From Macrostomum lignano (Eukaryota): a DNA stretch of 64,000 nucleotides. The position numbers and the translations under genes were made by a program. Location: the NCBI GenBank assembly GCA_002269645.1, contig NIVC01000538.1, forward strand, positions 310,001 through 374,000, in the 5' to 3' direction. The notes under the pieces were generated by a model that was not told the origin of the DNA, made no database searches, and saw only the letters and a program-made list of their open reading frames with translations. Position 1 is the first letter of the stretch, and every line of letters starts with the position of its first letter. This document shows, one piece after another, positions 1 to 10,365 of the stretch.

Positions 1-1586
1 TTGGTGTTGCTGAAGGAGAAGGAGTATCCCACAGAGCGGAGGGAGCGGCAGAGGGTGCGGCAGAAAGAGGAAAAGTCAGGGTAGGAATCGCAGAGGCGGG
101 CAGCCCGAAGGATCTGGGATTTGAGAACCCCCTTGAAGGTGTGTTTGGGGTGAGCCGAAGCCCTGTGAAGCAGAAGTGAGCTAGTGGGTTTGGAGTAGAT
201 AGAAGTGTGGAGTGAGGAGTCCGAGATCTTGACTAAGAGATCCAGGAAGTCAACGGAGGAAGAAGAGACGGTGAGAGAAAGTTGGATGTTCGGGTCCTGG
301 GCATTTAGGATGTCCAGGAATTTCTGAGCCGTGGAGGGGGGCCCATCCAGGGTCACGACGATGTCGTCGATGTAGCGGAGGAAGGTGCCCGGGGAGATGG
401 AGTGGGACAGGGCGGTGTTGAGCGCTGCTTGTTCCCAGCGGCTCATGAAAAGGCAGGCATAGTTGGGGGCGAAGATTTTGCCCATGGCAGTGCCCTTTGT
501 TTGGAGGAACCAGAGACCCCGAAAGCAGAAATCGTTGCGGGTGAGGCAGATTTGGAGGAGGCGGAGGATGTCAGAGTCGGGTCTGAGAGGGTTAGGGTTG
601 GTTTGAAAGAAGTGTTTGATGGCGCGGAGGCCATCAGAGGTGTCAATCATGGTGTACAGGGAGGCCACGTCCATGGTAGCCAGGAGAGTGGAAGGGGAGA
701 CTGGGAGATTTTCGAGGAGCGCCTTGAAGTGAATGGAGTCCCTAATGAAGGAAGGTTGGGCCTGGGCCAAAGGTTTGAGGAAGTGATCGATGAGCTTCTC
801 AGCCCCAATAGATTCGGAGGAGCAGCCACTGACGATGGGGCGCCCCTTGGGTAGCCGAGAAGGGAGGAGCCAAGAAGCGGGATCCTTGTGGATCTTCGGG
901 AGGGTGTAGAAGTGTCTGGGGCGGGGATTATCCGGAGGGGAGAGGAAGGACTGCTGTCTAGCTGACAGAAAGCCCTGGAGTTTGAGATTGTCCAGAATGG
1001 CCTGGATGCGGTCCTTGGTCTCGGGAAAGATGGGGCCCGGGATGGGGGAATAGAAATTCCTATCCCCAAGCTGAGAAAGGATTACAAAGGTGTAATTCCT
1101 GATGTGGGAGAATACGATGGAGCCGCGCCGCCTTTGTCGGCGTTCCTGATAATGATGGAGGGGTCATCCCTGTGAGCCTTGAGGGCGGATCGTTCCGCGG
1201 GGGCGAGATTCTGGGGTGGTAGGTCCGAGGGTTGGATGGAAGAGGCCTCCTCAAGGAGTTCCTCGCAGAAGTCCAGGGTGGCTTGGGAAATGGCTGGGCG
1301 GGGTGGATCTGGCAGAGGGACCACAGAGGGGTGGGAGGGCGCCCGAGCTAGGGCGATGAGATTTGTTCAGGAAGAAGTCAGCCCATTCAAGACGGCGGGT
1401 GAACTCGATGGTGTCTTGGTGAAGTCTAGGGAGAAAGATTTTGATGTTTGTGGGGACGAAATTTAGCCCCTTCTGAAGGAGAGAGAGGGTCGAGGGGGGG
1501 TCAGGTGAAAAGGTGGGATGGAGAACGAGCAAATTCTGGGTGAGCCCTATAGGGCCCTCCTGGCAGCGAGGTTTTGCCAGTGAGTC
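1..1586 (-). pseudogene. PLE reverse transcriptase, frameshifted; continues beyond left edge
   Basis: RT motifs split across ORF-track fragments 1251..1532, 1082..1324, 647..1069 and unlisted frames; catalytic YIDD at 363-374. Confidence 0.85.
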
Positions 1587-2074
1587 CTAATGAGAGGAAC
1601 AAGAGCGGGGGATATCAGGGACAGAGGGAACGGCCGCACTTACCCAGCGCCGGTAGACAGGAAGGGAGACTTTGGACTTGGTCTCCGCCAGCTGGTCCTC
1701 AGTCGCCCCGACGAGCAGCAGGATGAGGCCTCGGTCGGGGGGCAGCATCGCATTGGCCCGGCACAGGTGGTCGTCCAGGCTGCTCTCATCTGACCAGGTA
1801 GAGGCGCCGAGGGCCAGGACGGTCACCCGAACCTTGGCCGCGCGTTCCCATGTGGCCGTGTCCGGGTCACATAGGTCGGGCAGCGGCGAGGACCGGACTT
1901 CGGCCGGCAGGACTTCTTGCACGGCCTCGTGCAGGTCGGGTTGGGCTAGGCAGAAAACTTTGGAGGAAGGATCGTCACGGGGAGGTCGTTTAGCAGCGGT
2001 TTCGACGGAACCTCGGGGGGGGGTGTCCCGAAGGGGTGGGGATGGAAGAGCGGGAGCGCGGGGGGCTCCGTGAC

Positions 2075-2360
2075 CCTGAAGGTTAGATTGACCCGGAGGG
2101 ATCGGCAGGCAGGATCCTTGGGTACCCTGTGGACAAACAGCTCCTGGGTAGCGCCTCGCATGACGAGGGCGCTCCCATGGGGGAGGAGCTGCGAGAAGAC
2201 CAGGGGGGAGTTGGCGCCTTTGGGAGCAACCTCAAAGGTGCGGCGGGCGCCGAAAGAGAAGGAGAGGATGGTGGGGTTGGATCCCAGCTGGGACTCGTTG
2301 TCGGCGTGCCAGCCGCACGAGTGGTTGCCGTGGTCATAGAAGTTGACCAGGCAGGAATTG
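2075..2360 (-). pseudogene. ALKBH2/ALKBH3-type 2OG-Fe(II) dioxygenase catalytic domain (one frameshift near 2205)
   Basis: Reads NSCLVNFYDHGNHSCGWHADNESQLGSNPTILSFSFGARRTFEV / LPHGSALVMRGATQELFVHRVPKDPACRSLRVNLTFR. Matches the ALKBH3 pattern NS..CNLY...DS..WH.D.E..LG..P.I.SLSFGA.R.F ... HG.LL.M.GATQ..W.H.VPK...R.NLTFR. HxD at 2300-2308, distal His at 2129-2131, both Arg retained. Confidence 0.88.
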
Positions 2361-2590
2361 GCATATTGAGTTCCTGCTACAGACCAGAATATGCTCAGGC
2401 CAATGACATATGCACTAAGAATTTGTGATTGAAAGGATAGGCAAGGATTGTTGATTGAGAAAGGGTTTTGGGTTGATGAAAGAAACTTTTTGGCTGATGA
2501 AAGTTCTGATTAATGGCAATTTATTTTTGCCAAAATGAGAAATAGTAACTTTGATTATTCGAAATCAACATTTTGGATAATTATAGTAAG

Positions 2591-3434
2591 TGTTGTATCC
2601 CTGCAGCCCCCGGCCCGGCAGTAGGGTGGTCCTACAGGGTACAGTATCGAGTACAAGCGGGTCATTGCTTAGCCTGCGCGCGGGCGCTAGGGCGAGCACT
2701 TCCCCTGACAGTCTGGGGCGTCAGGACGCACCCACGCAGCCTTCCCACGCGTCGGGACGCAGTGTTGCGGGCCGCCTTCAGCGAGGCATCGGGACGCACT
2801 GGCTGGCGTAAAGGCGTAGGTACGTACGGTTGGTACCCTTCTGACGTCTCCCTCTAATCGAGCTGAGTTGGCGTCAGGACACACGGACTCTCTGTCCCCC
2901 CTAGGCAACCGAAAGAAGGAAGGCAGAGTGCGCACTTACTCAGCTGGCGGCTGTCGCTCAGAGCCGGTGCAGGTAGACGGCCTTTTTCAGTATATTTATT
3001 TTCAAGGGGTCCGATCGTAACTTTGGCTGTATAGTGCTGACAACATGCAGGGTTCAAAGAGAGGGGAAAGCCGAGAAGCGCAACGCTCCAACCCGCCGCG
3101 AGCGATACTAAATAGCACACGCCCGCGGAGGGGGAGGGCCACGCGCTCTCTACCCCACCACCCCACCAACCCCCCAGCAAACCCCCTCCCGGGGACGGCA
3201 GCACCAAGCCCGCCGCCGGCTCAGCCAATCACTACACGCCTGGGCTGGCCGCGACCAATCGCCACGCGGGGCGAGCGAACAAAAACCAAAAAACCAAACC
3301 GACTTAAGCCTCTGGCTGCGGCATACGCAAGGGAGGGGGTAATAACAAAAAATAATGCAGGCAAACAGTTGAGGGGTGACTCAGCCCGTTGAGAGGCTAG
3401 GTGCACTGGCACTGTAAAAGTGCACAACACAACA
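2591..3434. mobile_element. Solo LTR (gypsy-like), 844 bp
   Basis: Starts TGTTGT, ends ACAACA, flanked by 4-bp direct repeat TAAG (2587-2590 and 3435-3438); no internal coding region. Confidence 0.75.
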
Positions 3435-3506
3435 TAAGGTTATTGGATAATTATAGTAAGGTTATTACTCTTGTGCCAAAATAAAAACCACTTGGTGTCT
3501 TTTTTA

Positions 3507-3538
3507 AGCCCCCCCCAGCGGGGGGCTAAATGGCTAGT
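3507..3538 (+). mobile_element. Helitron-like 3' terminus
   Basis: GC hairpin (agcccccccc-agc-ggggggct) followed a few nt later by CTAG (3534-3537) and T, the canonical Helitron 3' signature. Confidence 0.5.
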
Positions 3539-3867
3539 CTTCTAAATCTAAATAAACTAAATCTCTAATATTTGTTTGTATGTTTGAATGAATGAATGCT
3601 TGTCCATAACGCTCTAGAGAGAGCAATTCTTGACAAATTTCTAATCTAATCTTCTAATCTTCTATCCTAGCTCGTATATACTAAAAATGAAGTTCTTCTA
3701 TATAACTAAAGTTGACTATGTCTGTCCGTTTGTTTGTTTGTGAAGTTCACGTTTTAGAATGAACCACAAGACCAATCTTCACAGGACTTGCACTGTTAGC
3801 TTGCAAATTTTCCGGCGGTGATGTGGCAGATTTTGCTAAAATTTCTGATAATGCGAAGGATGTTTAA

Positions 3868-4040
3868 TCTCTACATATAAAAATCAAAACTCTGTCTGTG
3901 TGTCTGTGGACAATTTTGATCGCTATGGACTCCCAAACCGCTCAACCAAATGACACAAAACTTTACACCCACCCTAAACTTACTACGGAGAGTGTCTTAG
4001 GCTTTTTCAGCGAGGCAGCCACCCCAACCTCCGCCCGCCT
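3868..4040 (+). mobile_element. Non-autonomous Helitron-like 5' end
   Basis: A|TCtctacatataaaaatcaaaactctgtctgtgtgtctgt resembles Helitron 5' ends (TC start, TATATAAA, GTCT microsatellite). Similar starts near 3696 and 13935. Confidence 0.4.
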
Positions 4041-4834
4041 GCCTCTCTTTCTTGATCTGGGCAAAGGGTGTGAATAGGTTTTAAAATGCCTAACTTTCGG
4101 CTGCCATAGTTTTGCTCCACGTGAAGCGATTGACTTCAAACTTGACACAATTTTTCATTGACTCATTCTCTATCTAAATGTAAAGTTTCAACTCTGTAAC
4201 TCCACCGAAAAAGAAACTGTAAGCATGTGAAGTTTGTCTGCTTTTTCTGTTGTTTGTGCCACTCACTCACTCATTCCCCCAGCCCAGACGAAGGGTCAGG
4301 CGATAGGGCTGAATGTACATAGCAAATGTACAGTGTTTTGGAATAACTTTTTAATAGCCTTCTCTGTACCCCCACGCGTGGAGAGGCTACGTTTAGCCAT
4401 GACAGTTTAGTGAGAAATTCTAACCACTGTCCTCTGTATTGGCAAACTCTGCAGCAGTTTAACAGTGGATGGCAAATCGAGGGAATCCAGCATGGTTTGT
4501 AAAAGCGAAAGATTTATGAAAAGGCGATGCGATGCAATGCAATACAACCCTACTAAATTAGGCACACCATGGAAATTTTAGGTTTCTCTTAAAAGTACTT
4601 TAAATTTTAAATGTCCTAAGAAATGCGTATTTCCTTGGTTGTTAGACTGATGCAGACTGCAGTGGAGCTGAAGATACACAAATTATTTTCAGGGCTTGCA
4701 AATTGGCAAGAAAGATGACGTGATCAAAGCATGAGAACAGCCATGAGAGTACTACGTCCCACAAACTGGCTTTCCAAGCAGGAATGGGCAGACTTTTACC
4801 TCAAAGGCCAGAAAAGAATCCAGCTTATGGCTGA

Positions 4835-5754
4835 GGGGCAGTTGAGAGTGGAGAGAAGAAGGAATAGACTATTCGAAAAGAGAGGAGAGGTGAGAGAGAG
4901 AATAAGATAAAAGATAAAAGATAATAGAAGAGATGAGGGAGCGAGGACGATGAGAGGAGAGAGTAGAGGAAAGAGTAGAGAGTAGAGTAGCGAGTGGAGA
5001 GGAGAGAGTAGAGAGGAGCGAGTAGAGAGGAGAGAGTAGAGGAGCGAGTAGAGAGGAGAGAGTAGAGCGAGTAGAGGAGCGAGTAGAGAGGAGAGAGTAG
5101 AGCGAGTAGAGGAGCGAGTAGAGAGGAGAGAGTAGAGCGAGTAGAGGAGCGAGTAGAGAGAGAGTAGATGAGCGAGTAGAGGAGCGAGTAGAGAGGAGAG
5201 AGCAGAGAGCTGCAGATGAGAGGAGAGCAGAGAGAAGAGCAGAGAGGAGTTAGTAAAGAGGAGAAAGGAGAGATGAGAAATGAGAGATGAGAGATAAAGT
5301 AGGAGAGTGGAGAGAGAAGAGACGAGACAAGAGAGGGAGAGAGTATATAGAAGAGGGAAGAGAAGAGAAGAGAAGAGAAGAAAGGAGAAAGGAAGGTGAG
5401 GAGACAAAAGAGGTGAAAGAAAAGAGTACAGAGAGGACAGAATGAGAGAACATATAAGATAGTAAATATAACAGATGAAAGAGGGGGATGAGCTGAGAGC
5501 AGAGACGAAAATGAACAGACGAGAGATGGAGAGTAGAGAGAACAGAGGAGAGATTACAGAGAAGAGATTACAGAGACGAGAGGAGAGACAAAGGGAGAGA
5601 GAAGTGAGTGAGGCGAGAGGAGAGAAAAGAGGAGAATGGAGGGGGGAAGCAGAGAGAGAGGGGGGAAGCAGAGAGAGAGAGTGGGGAAGCAGAGAGAGGG
5701 GGGGGAAGCAGAGAGAGAGAGAGAGAGAGGGGAAGCAGAGAGAGAGGGGGGAAG

Positions 5755-5786
<32 letters not shown>

Positions 5787-6245
5787 AAGCAGAGAGAGAG
5801 GGGGGAAGCAGAGAGAGAGGGGGAAGCAGAGAGAGAGGGGGGAAGCAGAGAGAGAGGGGGGAAGCAGAGAGAGAGGGGGGAAGCAGAGAGAGAGGGGGGA
5901 AGCAGAGAGAGAGGGGGGAAGCAGAGAGAGGGGGGAAGCAGAGAGAGGGGGGGGAAGCAGAGAGAGAGGGGGAAGCAGAGAGAAATGAAAATAGATAAAA
6001 GAGAAGAGAGAAGAGGAGAGGAGAGATCAGAGAGCAAATAAAGACGAGAGAAGAGAGGTGAAGGAAAATAAGAGAGAAGAGTGCGAGGAGAGGAAAGAGA
6101 AAAGAGATGAGATAAGAGATGAAAAAGAAGAGAAATGAGGGAAGAGACGAGAGAGGAAAAAGAGAAGAGAGGAGAGGAGAGAGAGCTCAGAGAGGAGAGA
6201 CGAGGGACGAGAGAGAAGAGAGGAAACAGAAGAGAAGATAGAAGT
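4835..6245 (+). repeat. ~1.4-kb polypurine/polypyrimidine tract of compound A/G minisatellites
   Basis: + strand is almost only A and G; sub-arrays of gagtagagaggaga and ggggggaagcagagagaga units. Confidence 0.95.
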
Positions 6246-7073
6246 TTCAAAGGATCCAAGGGACGTAGGGAGAGTCAGAGGCAGAGGCCAGAGTTTGCCA
6301 ATACATGTTTTAGAGTCATACAGACATTAATTGCCTATTTAAAGTAAAAGCACCCCTAGCCAACAATATCAATGTTTGCCTCACATCCTAATTGTACGCG
6401 AATGTACTCCATTTTGTTTACCTTTATCCTACTAACTAACTATTAACAAGTTTTTGTTTGCGTATGGCCTTAGATTTCAGAATACATGCAAAAGTAGTTC
6501 CGGGTATTGGAATTTCCCGGGTTCAAAATCCTCGGGTTTCAACAGCTTGTTAATTAGCAAAAAACTACTTTATCTTTACTAAGTAGTTTTTTGCCACGGA
6601 TTTTTCCGTGGTCAGTTGAAGAAAAGGCTTACTGACTGCCAATTTGGCAGACTTGATTGAGGTTGCATCAGCAATCTGGCCTATCTCTCCAGTGCATTTC
6701 ATTTAGCTAGGCTGATTTGTGTGCAGGAAGGAATGTGGGTTCGTTGGCTCACTTGGCAATGTGCAAAGGCGTGTGTACCCCTGGCTGCGGGGCGGCGTCA
6801 AAATTTAGCTTCGGCAATGGCCGGGGAGAGAAATTCAATGACTTATTTTGCAGGCCTTCAAGTGTAGCTGTGATTTTCATTCGTTTATTGTGCTTCGAGG
6901 TTTTTGGATTGGAGTGAGATAATTATATTGCCTAAAAGAGCTTGAAATGCTAAACATGGGGATATAATTTTATTGCTTCAAATCTGAAAATCAGAAGCAC
7001 AGCACTAAAAAGAAGATTAGCTTGAACAATGTAACTGTGTACATTGTTGGCCGGGGGCCAACACTTTATTCTC

Positions 7074-7793
7074 TTGATAAAGTGGGAACTGGGTACGGCA
7101 GGAGTTCTTGACCAATGATTTAATTTGGTCAAGGTGCCACGAATTATTATTCAGTCAGAACTTTAACAAGCTGCTTTTCATCCGAACTACTATTCAGTAC
7201 ATATGACTGTCTGTGAAACTTATAAACTATTCGAAGTTGGTTTTCACCATTCGAAGTTGGTTTTCACTATTGAAAATTGGTTTTCACAATTCGAAGTGCG
7301 TTTTGGAGCATTCGAAGTTGGTTTTGACTATTTGAAGTTGCTTCTGTACATTGTTGGCCGGGGGCAATTGAAAATGGACAGCTGTGTACACTGCTGGGGC
7401 AGGGAGAGAGAGTTGAGCTCAAATGCAATTATCAATTGCGTGGCCTCTGGGTTGGGGGCTCAAATTTGTACACGCAAAATATTTCGTATATTTCTCTGAC
7501 TGACATTTCTCGGCAAGAACTTTCAAGCAAGCTGTTTCTTGCACTGCACTATTCTGGCAAATCGAAGTTGGAAGCGCAGCATCAAGGAGAAGTTTCGCGT
7601 TTGTCTGTTCTTTCTTGATAAAGTTGGAACTGGGTGTGGCAGGAGTTCTTGACCAATTATTTACCTCGGTCAAGGTGCCACAAATTATTATTCAGTCAGA
7701 ACTTTAACAAGCTGCTTTTCATCCGAACTACTATTCAGTACATATGACTGTCTGTGAAACTTATAAACTATTCGAAGTTGGTTTTCACCATTC
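7074..7793 (+). repeat. ~180-bp direct duplication (7074-7255 and 7616-7793) plus ~20-bp ttcgaagttggttttcac repeats
   Basis: Near-identical blocks seen by eye. The short repeat resumes at 12322 after the gypsy insertion. Confidence 0.75.
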
Positions 7794-7998
7794 TGTAATG
7801 ACTCAGGAGTCAGGCGGTGTTTGTGGCGTGCGAGAAAAAGCCTTAACCCTCCAAGTAGGGTGAGACGATATTTATATTTGGAAGCGATCTGATTGCAACG
7901 TGCACAATTGAGCCGCGTGCCTTACGTACATAAGTTGAGTAGCGACATGTACGTGCTAATACAATGTACAAGCTAGTACTGGCCAGAGTGGCATTACA
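7794..7998 (-). repeat. 3' LTR of gypsy element
   Basis: TGTAATG...CATTACA; matches 12117-12321. Confidence 0.95.
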
Positions 7999-8112
7999 TT
8001 CCTCCTCGAGTGGATTAAAAGTAACGGTGAGAACACAAAGGGAACCATAAAAAGTGACTAACAGTTCATGCATGTGCAGTCCATTTGAGAGACAGTCAAT
8101 CAATCAAGTCAA

Positions 8113-10365
8113 TCAGCTTCTGCGCAGGTCGGGCTCTTTGTAGTTCCTCTCCGGGTCCTTTGCTTGCCGGGGATGCGGCCGGGCAGCGATCGGCTCCGTG
8201 GGCTCAGGGGGGCCAGGCGGCTGGAGCGGCTGCCCTTCGGACTGCTTAGGCTGCTCGGACAGCCGCTTGACCTGCGTAGCGTGCCTGCGGCAGACGACCT
8301 CGTCGCGCTGCATGAGCAGGGAGTCGCCCTGGACCTCGGCCACGGTCCATGGCACTGGCTCGTAGAAGGCGTCGGTTTTCTGCCGGGATTGCAGACGCCT
8401 CAAGACGCGGTCACCCGGACGGATGGCGTGGTCTGCTGCCCTGGAGCGTTGGTCGGCGAGCCGCTTCATCTCCTCTTTGGCCTGGCGGTCGCGGTCGGCG
8501 ATGGCCGCTCTTGTCGCGTCGATGGGCTGCGAGTGTTGGAGGCTCGGGATCACGTCGTTGATTTGCCTGCCAAATAGCAGACTAGCCGGTGCGACGCCTG
8601 TGGCGCAGTGTGGAGTGCGCCTGTACGCTGCCAGGTATTCGTCCAAGGCCAGCGTCCAGTCCCGACCTTCGAGGACCGCCGCGCGAATAGCCTTGTTCAG
8701 CCCCTGGTTGCACCGCTCCGTTGCGCCGTTGGCCTGAGGGTAGAGAGGCGTGGTTCGATGGTGCCGGGCGCCCTGGTCCGCCAGGAAGCTGCTGAACTCG
8801 GCGGATGCGAAGGGCGGGCCGTTGTCTGTAGTTACCTTCGTCGGCTGCCCGAAGATGCTGAACCACCGGCGCAGCACCTTGGTGACGGCGGAGGCGGTGG
8901 TGCTGGGCATGACCTCCACGAGCGGGAACCTGGAGAAGTGGTCCGTGCAGACGAGCAGCGACTTGCCGCTTACTGGTCCGAGGAAGTCCAGCCCCAGCTC
9001 GAGCCAGGGGCCCTCCGGTAGTTCGGTCGGCTTGAGTGGCGTGGATTTCGGCGCGGTCTCGCGGGTGCAGGCCTGGCAGCTGATGCAGGCTGCCACGTGC
9101 GCTTCTACGGATGCTCGCATGCCGGGCCACCAAACCTTCGGTTGTAGGCGGTCCAGCGTTTTTCTGACGCCCTGGTGGCCCTGGTGGGCCAGCTGCAGGC
9201 ACCGGTACCGCAGAGCCGTCGGCATGTACAGTTGGCTGCGGCACAGCAGCAGGCCGTCCAGCTCGGACAACTCGTGGGCCACGCCGTGCAGTCCCTGTAG
9301 GCTCGTGTCGCTCTTGTCCCACTGGTTCCCGCGGATGGCGTGCAGAGCTGCTTGGACGGTGGAATCTTGGTCGGAGGCGGCCTTGATGATGGTCAGGCTG
9401 ATGGACACCGGGGTGGCCGCCCGCACTGCCGTGGCCACGTAGATCGCATCCGCCTGCTCACCGACGTTGTTCGGCGGCATTGGCAGCGGCTGGCGGCTCA
9501 GGACGTCGGACGGATTGCCGGCTCCGGGTTGATAAACCACTTGGAAGACCAGGTCTTGCAGTCGCAGCGCCATGCGCTCAATGCGGGGCGGCGGCCGCGA
9601 CCCCGGGCTGAACAGGGATACCAGCGGCTTGTGGTCGGTGATCACCTTGAAGTTGCCGCCGCCGCTGAGGTAGTGATGAAACTTCAGGCCACCGTACTTC
9701 ACCGCGAGCGCCTCCCGCTCCGTCTGGGAGTAGCGCTGCTCGGTTGGGCTCAGGCTGCGGCTCGCGTACGCCACCGGCCGCGTCGATCCGTCAGGTTGAA
9801 CTTGGGCGAGGATGGCGCCGACGCCTGTGGGGCTGGCGTCCACGATTAGCTGGGTCGGAAGCTTGATGTTGAAGAATGCCAGCGCCTCGCTGCTGGCGAT
9901 CGTTTGCTTAATGTCCTTGAACGCGGCCTCCTGTTGCTCACCCCATGTCCACTCGGCGGCCTGTCGGGTCAGCTCTCGGAGTGGCCGAGCCCTGTCGGAC
10001 AGGTTGCTGATGAAGCGCGCGACGAAGGTGACGAGGCCGAGGAACGAGCGGACCTCGGTCGCGTTGGTCGGCCGCTTGAAACTGTTGATGGCCGCCACTT
10101 TCTCGGTGCTGGGGTGAATGCCGACTGCCGACAGCCGCATGGCGAGGAAATCGACCTCTCGCTGAGCGAAGCGGCACTTTTTGGGGTTCAGCGTGATGTT
10201 GCTGGCCTTCAGCCGAGCCAGGCAGTCTCGCAGGCGCTGGTTGTGCTCCTCAATGTTCTTCGCATACACCAGGATGTCGTCGTGCACCCAGCGGACGCCG
10301 GGCAGGCCGCTGAGGACGGAGGACATCACCCGCTGGAGGATCTCGGAGGCGGATGTGTAGCCCAT
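8113..10365 (-). CDS. Gypsy pol: RT C-terminal part, RNase H, integrase
   Basis: RWVHDDILVY (RT), IVDASPTGVGAIL and YSQTEREALA (RNase H), HQGH...CISCQAC, LDFLGP, TDNGPPF, NGATER (integrase). Confidence 0.93.
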   Translation of the reverse strand: MGYTSASEILQRVMSSVLSGLPGVRWVHDDILVYAKNIEEHNQRLRDCLARLKASNITLNPKKCRFAQREVDFLAMRLSAVGIHPSTEKVAAINSFKRPTNATEVRSFLGLVTFVARFISNLSDRARPLRELTRQAAEWTWGEQQEAAFKDIKQTIASSEALAFFNIKLPTQLIVDASPTGVGAILAQVQPDGSTRPVAYASRSLSPTEQRYSQTEREALAVKYGGLKFHHYLSGGGNFKVITDHKPLVSLFSPGSRPPPRIERMALRLQDLVFQVVYQPGAGNPSDVLSRQPLPMPPNNVGEQADAIYVATAVRAATPVSISLTIIKAASDQDSTVQAALHAIRGNQWDKSDTSLQGLHGVAHELSELDGLLLCRSQLYMPTALRYRCLQLAHQGHQGVRKTLDRLQPKVWWPGMRASVEAHVAACISCQACTRETAPKSTPLKPTELPEGPWLELGLDFLGPVSGKSLLVCTDHFSRFPLVEVMPSTTASAVTKVLRRWFSIFGQPTKVTTDNGPPFASAEFSSFLADQGARHHRTTPLYPQANGATERCNQGLNKAIRAAVLEGRDWTLALDEYLAAYRRTPHCATGVAPASLLFGRQINDVIPSLQHSQPIDATRAAIADRDRQAKEEMKRLADQRSRAADHAIRPGDRVLRRLQSRQKTDAFYEPVPWTVAEVQGDSLLMQRDEVVCRRHATQVKRLSEQPKQSEGQPLQPPGPPEPTEPIAARPHPRQAKDPERNYKEPDLRRS

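Larger units (their letters stand above)
1..2460 (-). mobile_element. Penelope-like retroelement (PLE), degenerate, truncated by window edge, with N-terminal AlkB-like domain
   Basis: Minus-strand translation gives PLE hallmarks: LSLLQKGLNFVPT, IIIRNADKGG, QTKGTAMGKIFAPNYACLFMSRWEQ, FLRYIDDIVV (YIDD at 363-374), VDFLDLLV, TSIYSKPT. Several frameshifts and stops. Right boundary approximate. Confidence 0.85.

Noticed and set aside
1587-1922. Possible SGNH-esterase-like segment (VTVLALG) between AlkB and RT
   Set aside because: Only one weak block and no catalytic motifs recognized.
2400-2590. Hammerhead ribozyme expected near PLE ends (CTGATGA at ~2494; also ~14587)
   Set aside because: The 2494 motif is antisense to the PLE, and I could not build stems I-III around a GAAA core in either case. 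An Infernal search would be needed.
4796-6259. 487-aa Leu/Ser-rich ORF and opposite-strand Glu/Arg/Gly ORFs
   Set aside because: Translations of the polypurine tract; stop codons are absent because of composition.
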